Of a stretch of DNA of 64,000 bases, positions 61,362-64,000 are shown piece after piece (positions within the stretch are counted from its first letter, which is position 1; each line of letters begins with the position of its first letter). A program made the position numbers and the translations under genes. Below the pieces are notes generated by a model, which was not told the origin of the DNA, did no database searches, and saw only the letters and a program-made list of their open reading frames with translations. The stretch spans positions 17,732,001-17,796,000 of the forward strand of contig OZ059896.1 in NCBI GenBank assembly GCA_964057225.1, read 5' to 3'. This DNA is from Auanema rhodensis. Lineage: Eukaryota > Animalia > Nematoda.

Positions 61362-61738
61362 TCTCTCTCGTCCCTCACATCTCTCTCTCTATCCCGTTCT
61401 ATTTCAAATATTCTTTCTTGAAAATGCTTGCTTTCAGATGTGCAAGAAAGTAGAAGCTGGAAAAAAGAAAGGAAAGGCTGTACTTGCTTCGTGTGATGTT
61501 GGTATTAACTATCTTCTGCAACAAGTCAATCGAAAGTACATTGACAACATCTGTATGGCTGTTAAGGATGTAATATTATTTTTTAACCATAAGATCATAA
61601 ATGGACAATCATTTATCTCATTTTCAGACAGCTAGTGCAAAAGAATTTGGATGTGTATTGAAACATGGAACACCAATTATAGATTTAAATACTTATAACT
61701 GTGCTTCATCGAAAGCTAATATCTTTGGGAAAAAGTAA
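60740..61738 (+). CDS. Uncharacterised secreted protein (~202 aa, 10 Cys in mature part, 6 exons)
   Basis: Six exons join in phase across canonical GT-AG introns: MRNRAISFFFIYLISTTQC-QMKNRDAFVKRV...FLTCVCPSVHECGS...DILNCLS...FEGCLL...MCKKVEAG...IDNICMAVKD-TASAKEFGCVLKHG...YNCASSKANIFGKK*. Confidence 0.75.
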
Positions 61739-63229
61739 AGACAATACTTTCATTGTTATATCATTATGTATATTCTTTATTGTCTAATATGAATATTTAG
61801 AATAAAATTGAAAATTATTTATCGAATTATCTTCTAGAAGCTTCTCATTCTCGATAACCTTTACACATTAACAATCTCTCTATCTAACCCCTTAAGTAGA
61901 TCGACAAATTTATCTTCTGGTATCTGAATTCTACATGAAGAAATTCTTCTTTTTTTTTTGTTGCGAAATGGCAAAACAAAGAACAAATAACTATTTTCAA
62001 AGTTTTTTTCTATATATGTTATAACAGAAAAAGGTATGTCTGATAATTGGATAAGGCAGACACTAATAAACTTAATTAAATTTTTCCATTTTTTAAAAGA
62101 ACTGAATACATTAAGATTCAGTTAATACTGATTAAAGTCATTACATCTTCATTAATATTTCTTCTTCAAAAGTAAGATATTGAGACACAACGTTTACTTC
62201 TCTTTTACTTTCTCTCTCTGTCTCCCCCTCCCCTCTCTTTCTCTCTCTCTCTCTATTTGTATGCTCTGTATATGTTCTCTTAATGTATTTCTATATATAT
62301 GTATATATATGTATATCTTCATGTACCTTTAGTCTACATTTTTCTTTTTCTCCCTATAACCTGCTTTAACTCCCTCCCTCTCTCTTATATTAGATCTCCT
62401 TTTTTTTTCTTAGCTAGCCATCCAATTGTTTTCAGGATGTTGGAAAAAGAGGGAGTGAACGAGAACAGAAAATGAGAAAATCGAAGAGAGTAAAAACTTT
62501 TTTTGTGTTCTCTTCTACAGGAATTTTATTGAAGAGATTGTAGGCTACGTTTTTCAAAATTTTTATCTTCAACCATATCAATAGCAATGTTGCTTAGCAA
62601 TGGAACATAACTAATACAACGGCTGAAAATCCATTAATTTCTTCGCCGATTGCCGTGGGACATACAAGAAATTGCTTTCTAGAAAATGTGCATTTCCATA
62701 TATTGAATGAAATAATTTAGTTTTCTATTAATCACCTGTTCGTTCAATACGGAGCTCTACGAGTAGTTTGACTTATTCTCTGTATATGGTGTATACATAT
62801 AGTTAGAGATAACTGATATATAGAGAATGTTTTTTTCTCTCTTTTCTATATAAATTACTATAATATTTCTTTTTTTTTTTAATTTTAAATATTGAATTTC
62901 TTTTTCCTTTCTTCTCTCAATTCTATATTCCTTGTAACTTTCTTCTTTCTCTCAATCTACTTACCTAGCCGTCAGTCCTCACCCTCTATCTTTCTATCAA
63001 TCTATATACTTCATAACTTTTACCTTGTTTTTTTCTTCTCATATCTATATGTAACCAATAGAAATTAAAAACTTTCACTATTTTCATTCTTTTTCGTATA
63101 TTTTGATAACTATATTGAAAGATTTTCTATGATTTAAAGCTAATTAACCTCCCTCAATCTCTTTAGCTCCTTCTCAAGACAACGAGTCACCTTAACCACC
63201 AAATTTCTTCATATATTAGTCTCAGTTCA

Positions 63230-63232
<3 letters not shown>

Positions 63233-63270
<38 letters not shown>
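63233..63270. repeat. (CT)n microsatellite
   Basis: Direct observation. Confidence 0.9.
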
Positions 63271-63275
<5 letters not shown>

Positions 63276-63694
63276 GTATTTCTTTGTTTCCTTCTACATT
63301 TGTGTCTGTCTCTTTCTCTTCTACCTCAATTGATACAACTTTCTGCTACTACCTCTTTCTCAATCATTTTATTGTTTTTCTTCTATTATTTCGAGATGAA
63401 ATTATGAGAAACAAAGTTCTTTCCCTTTTCCATGTTTCAATTTACCTCTAATACTCTACTCATATCTTCAGCTTATATATTCCATTATTCGTTTTTTTTG
63501 TTTCTTGTTTGTACCGTTAATGTGTCATATTTTCGGTTATATAATCATTTTTCCTTACATTTATTTTCATTTACTATGAAAAAGAACATTCTTTTTCTAT
63601 ATATTAACTATATGTATTTAATTATATATCTAATAGTTTATAAAATTCAAAGAAAAAATTCAAAATTTAGCATTCTCTCAATTTCGGCGGCATT

Positions 63695-64000
63695 ATGGGG
63701 GCCGTCATCGCAAAATTTAAACCTAAAAGTAGTCAAACGAAGCAGTTTGATCCGGATGAAAAATGGAGTAATTTGTATCGTGAAATGGAAAAAAATAATA
63801 TTTATCGATGGGTTGGATTAAAAAATGGTAATAATTAATAAAAATAATAGTTTACTTTCTTCTCACATAATTTATTTTAATTTGATCATTTTTTTTTGAC
63901 CGAAAATATGTTTGAAAAAAAAATTTTTATTTCTAATATTATGTATTTATTGATTTTTAAATTAAAAATGTCATAGGTGGTGATCTCATAGCCATTTATG
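63695..64000 (+). CDS. osm-9: TRPV channel OSM-9, 5' end (continues beyond the window)
   Basis: MGAVIAKFKPKSSQTKQFDPDEKWSNLYREMEKNNIYRWVGLKN-GGDLIAIY matches, from memory, the OSM-9 N-terminus FDPDEKWSNLYREREKNHLYKWV...GGELINIY. The intron spans about 63828-63977. Confidence 0.88.

Noticed and set aside
62430-62790. Exon-like segments upstream of osm-9 on either strand
   Set aside because: Candidate exons contain stops or need poor acceptors, so there is no coherent gene model.

Overview
This is eukaryotic, AT-rich DNA from a nematode, probably a rhabditid: introns are about 45-60 nt, acceptors read TTTTCAG, there are cuticle collagens, and (AG)n/(CT)n microsatellites are common. Genes were spliced by hand. 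In order they are: two tandem copines (-); a 64-aa secreted neuropeptide-like gene (-); SET/TAF-I (spr-2-like, -) head-to-head with a DPY-21/RSBN1-type demethylase (+); a claudin-like protein with a long tail (+); xanthine dehydrogenase (+); a serpentine GPCR (+); an MFS transporter (-); an ABF/ASABF-type defensin (+); a tandem duplication of a ground-like gene plus a cuticle collagen; an allatostatin-C-like neuropeptide gene (-); a second collagen (-); an orphan secreted Cys protein (+); and the 5' end of the TRPV channel osm-9 (+). The most striking feature is at 39.7-49.9 kb. A tandem duplication left one collagen copy without its 5' end. Inside that pseudogene, an ~83-bp piece of Gly-X-Y coding sequence expanded in place into a ~5.5-kb satellite with monomer variants and higher-order repeats. 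The two flanking ground-like copies stay near-identical although the pseudogene has diverged strongly. Several small secreted-peptide genes are absent from, or misread in, the ORF track. I found no tRNA, rRNA, transposase or CRISPR signal.
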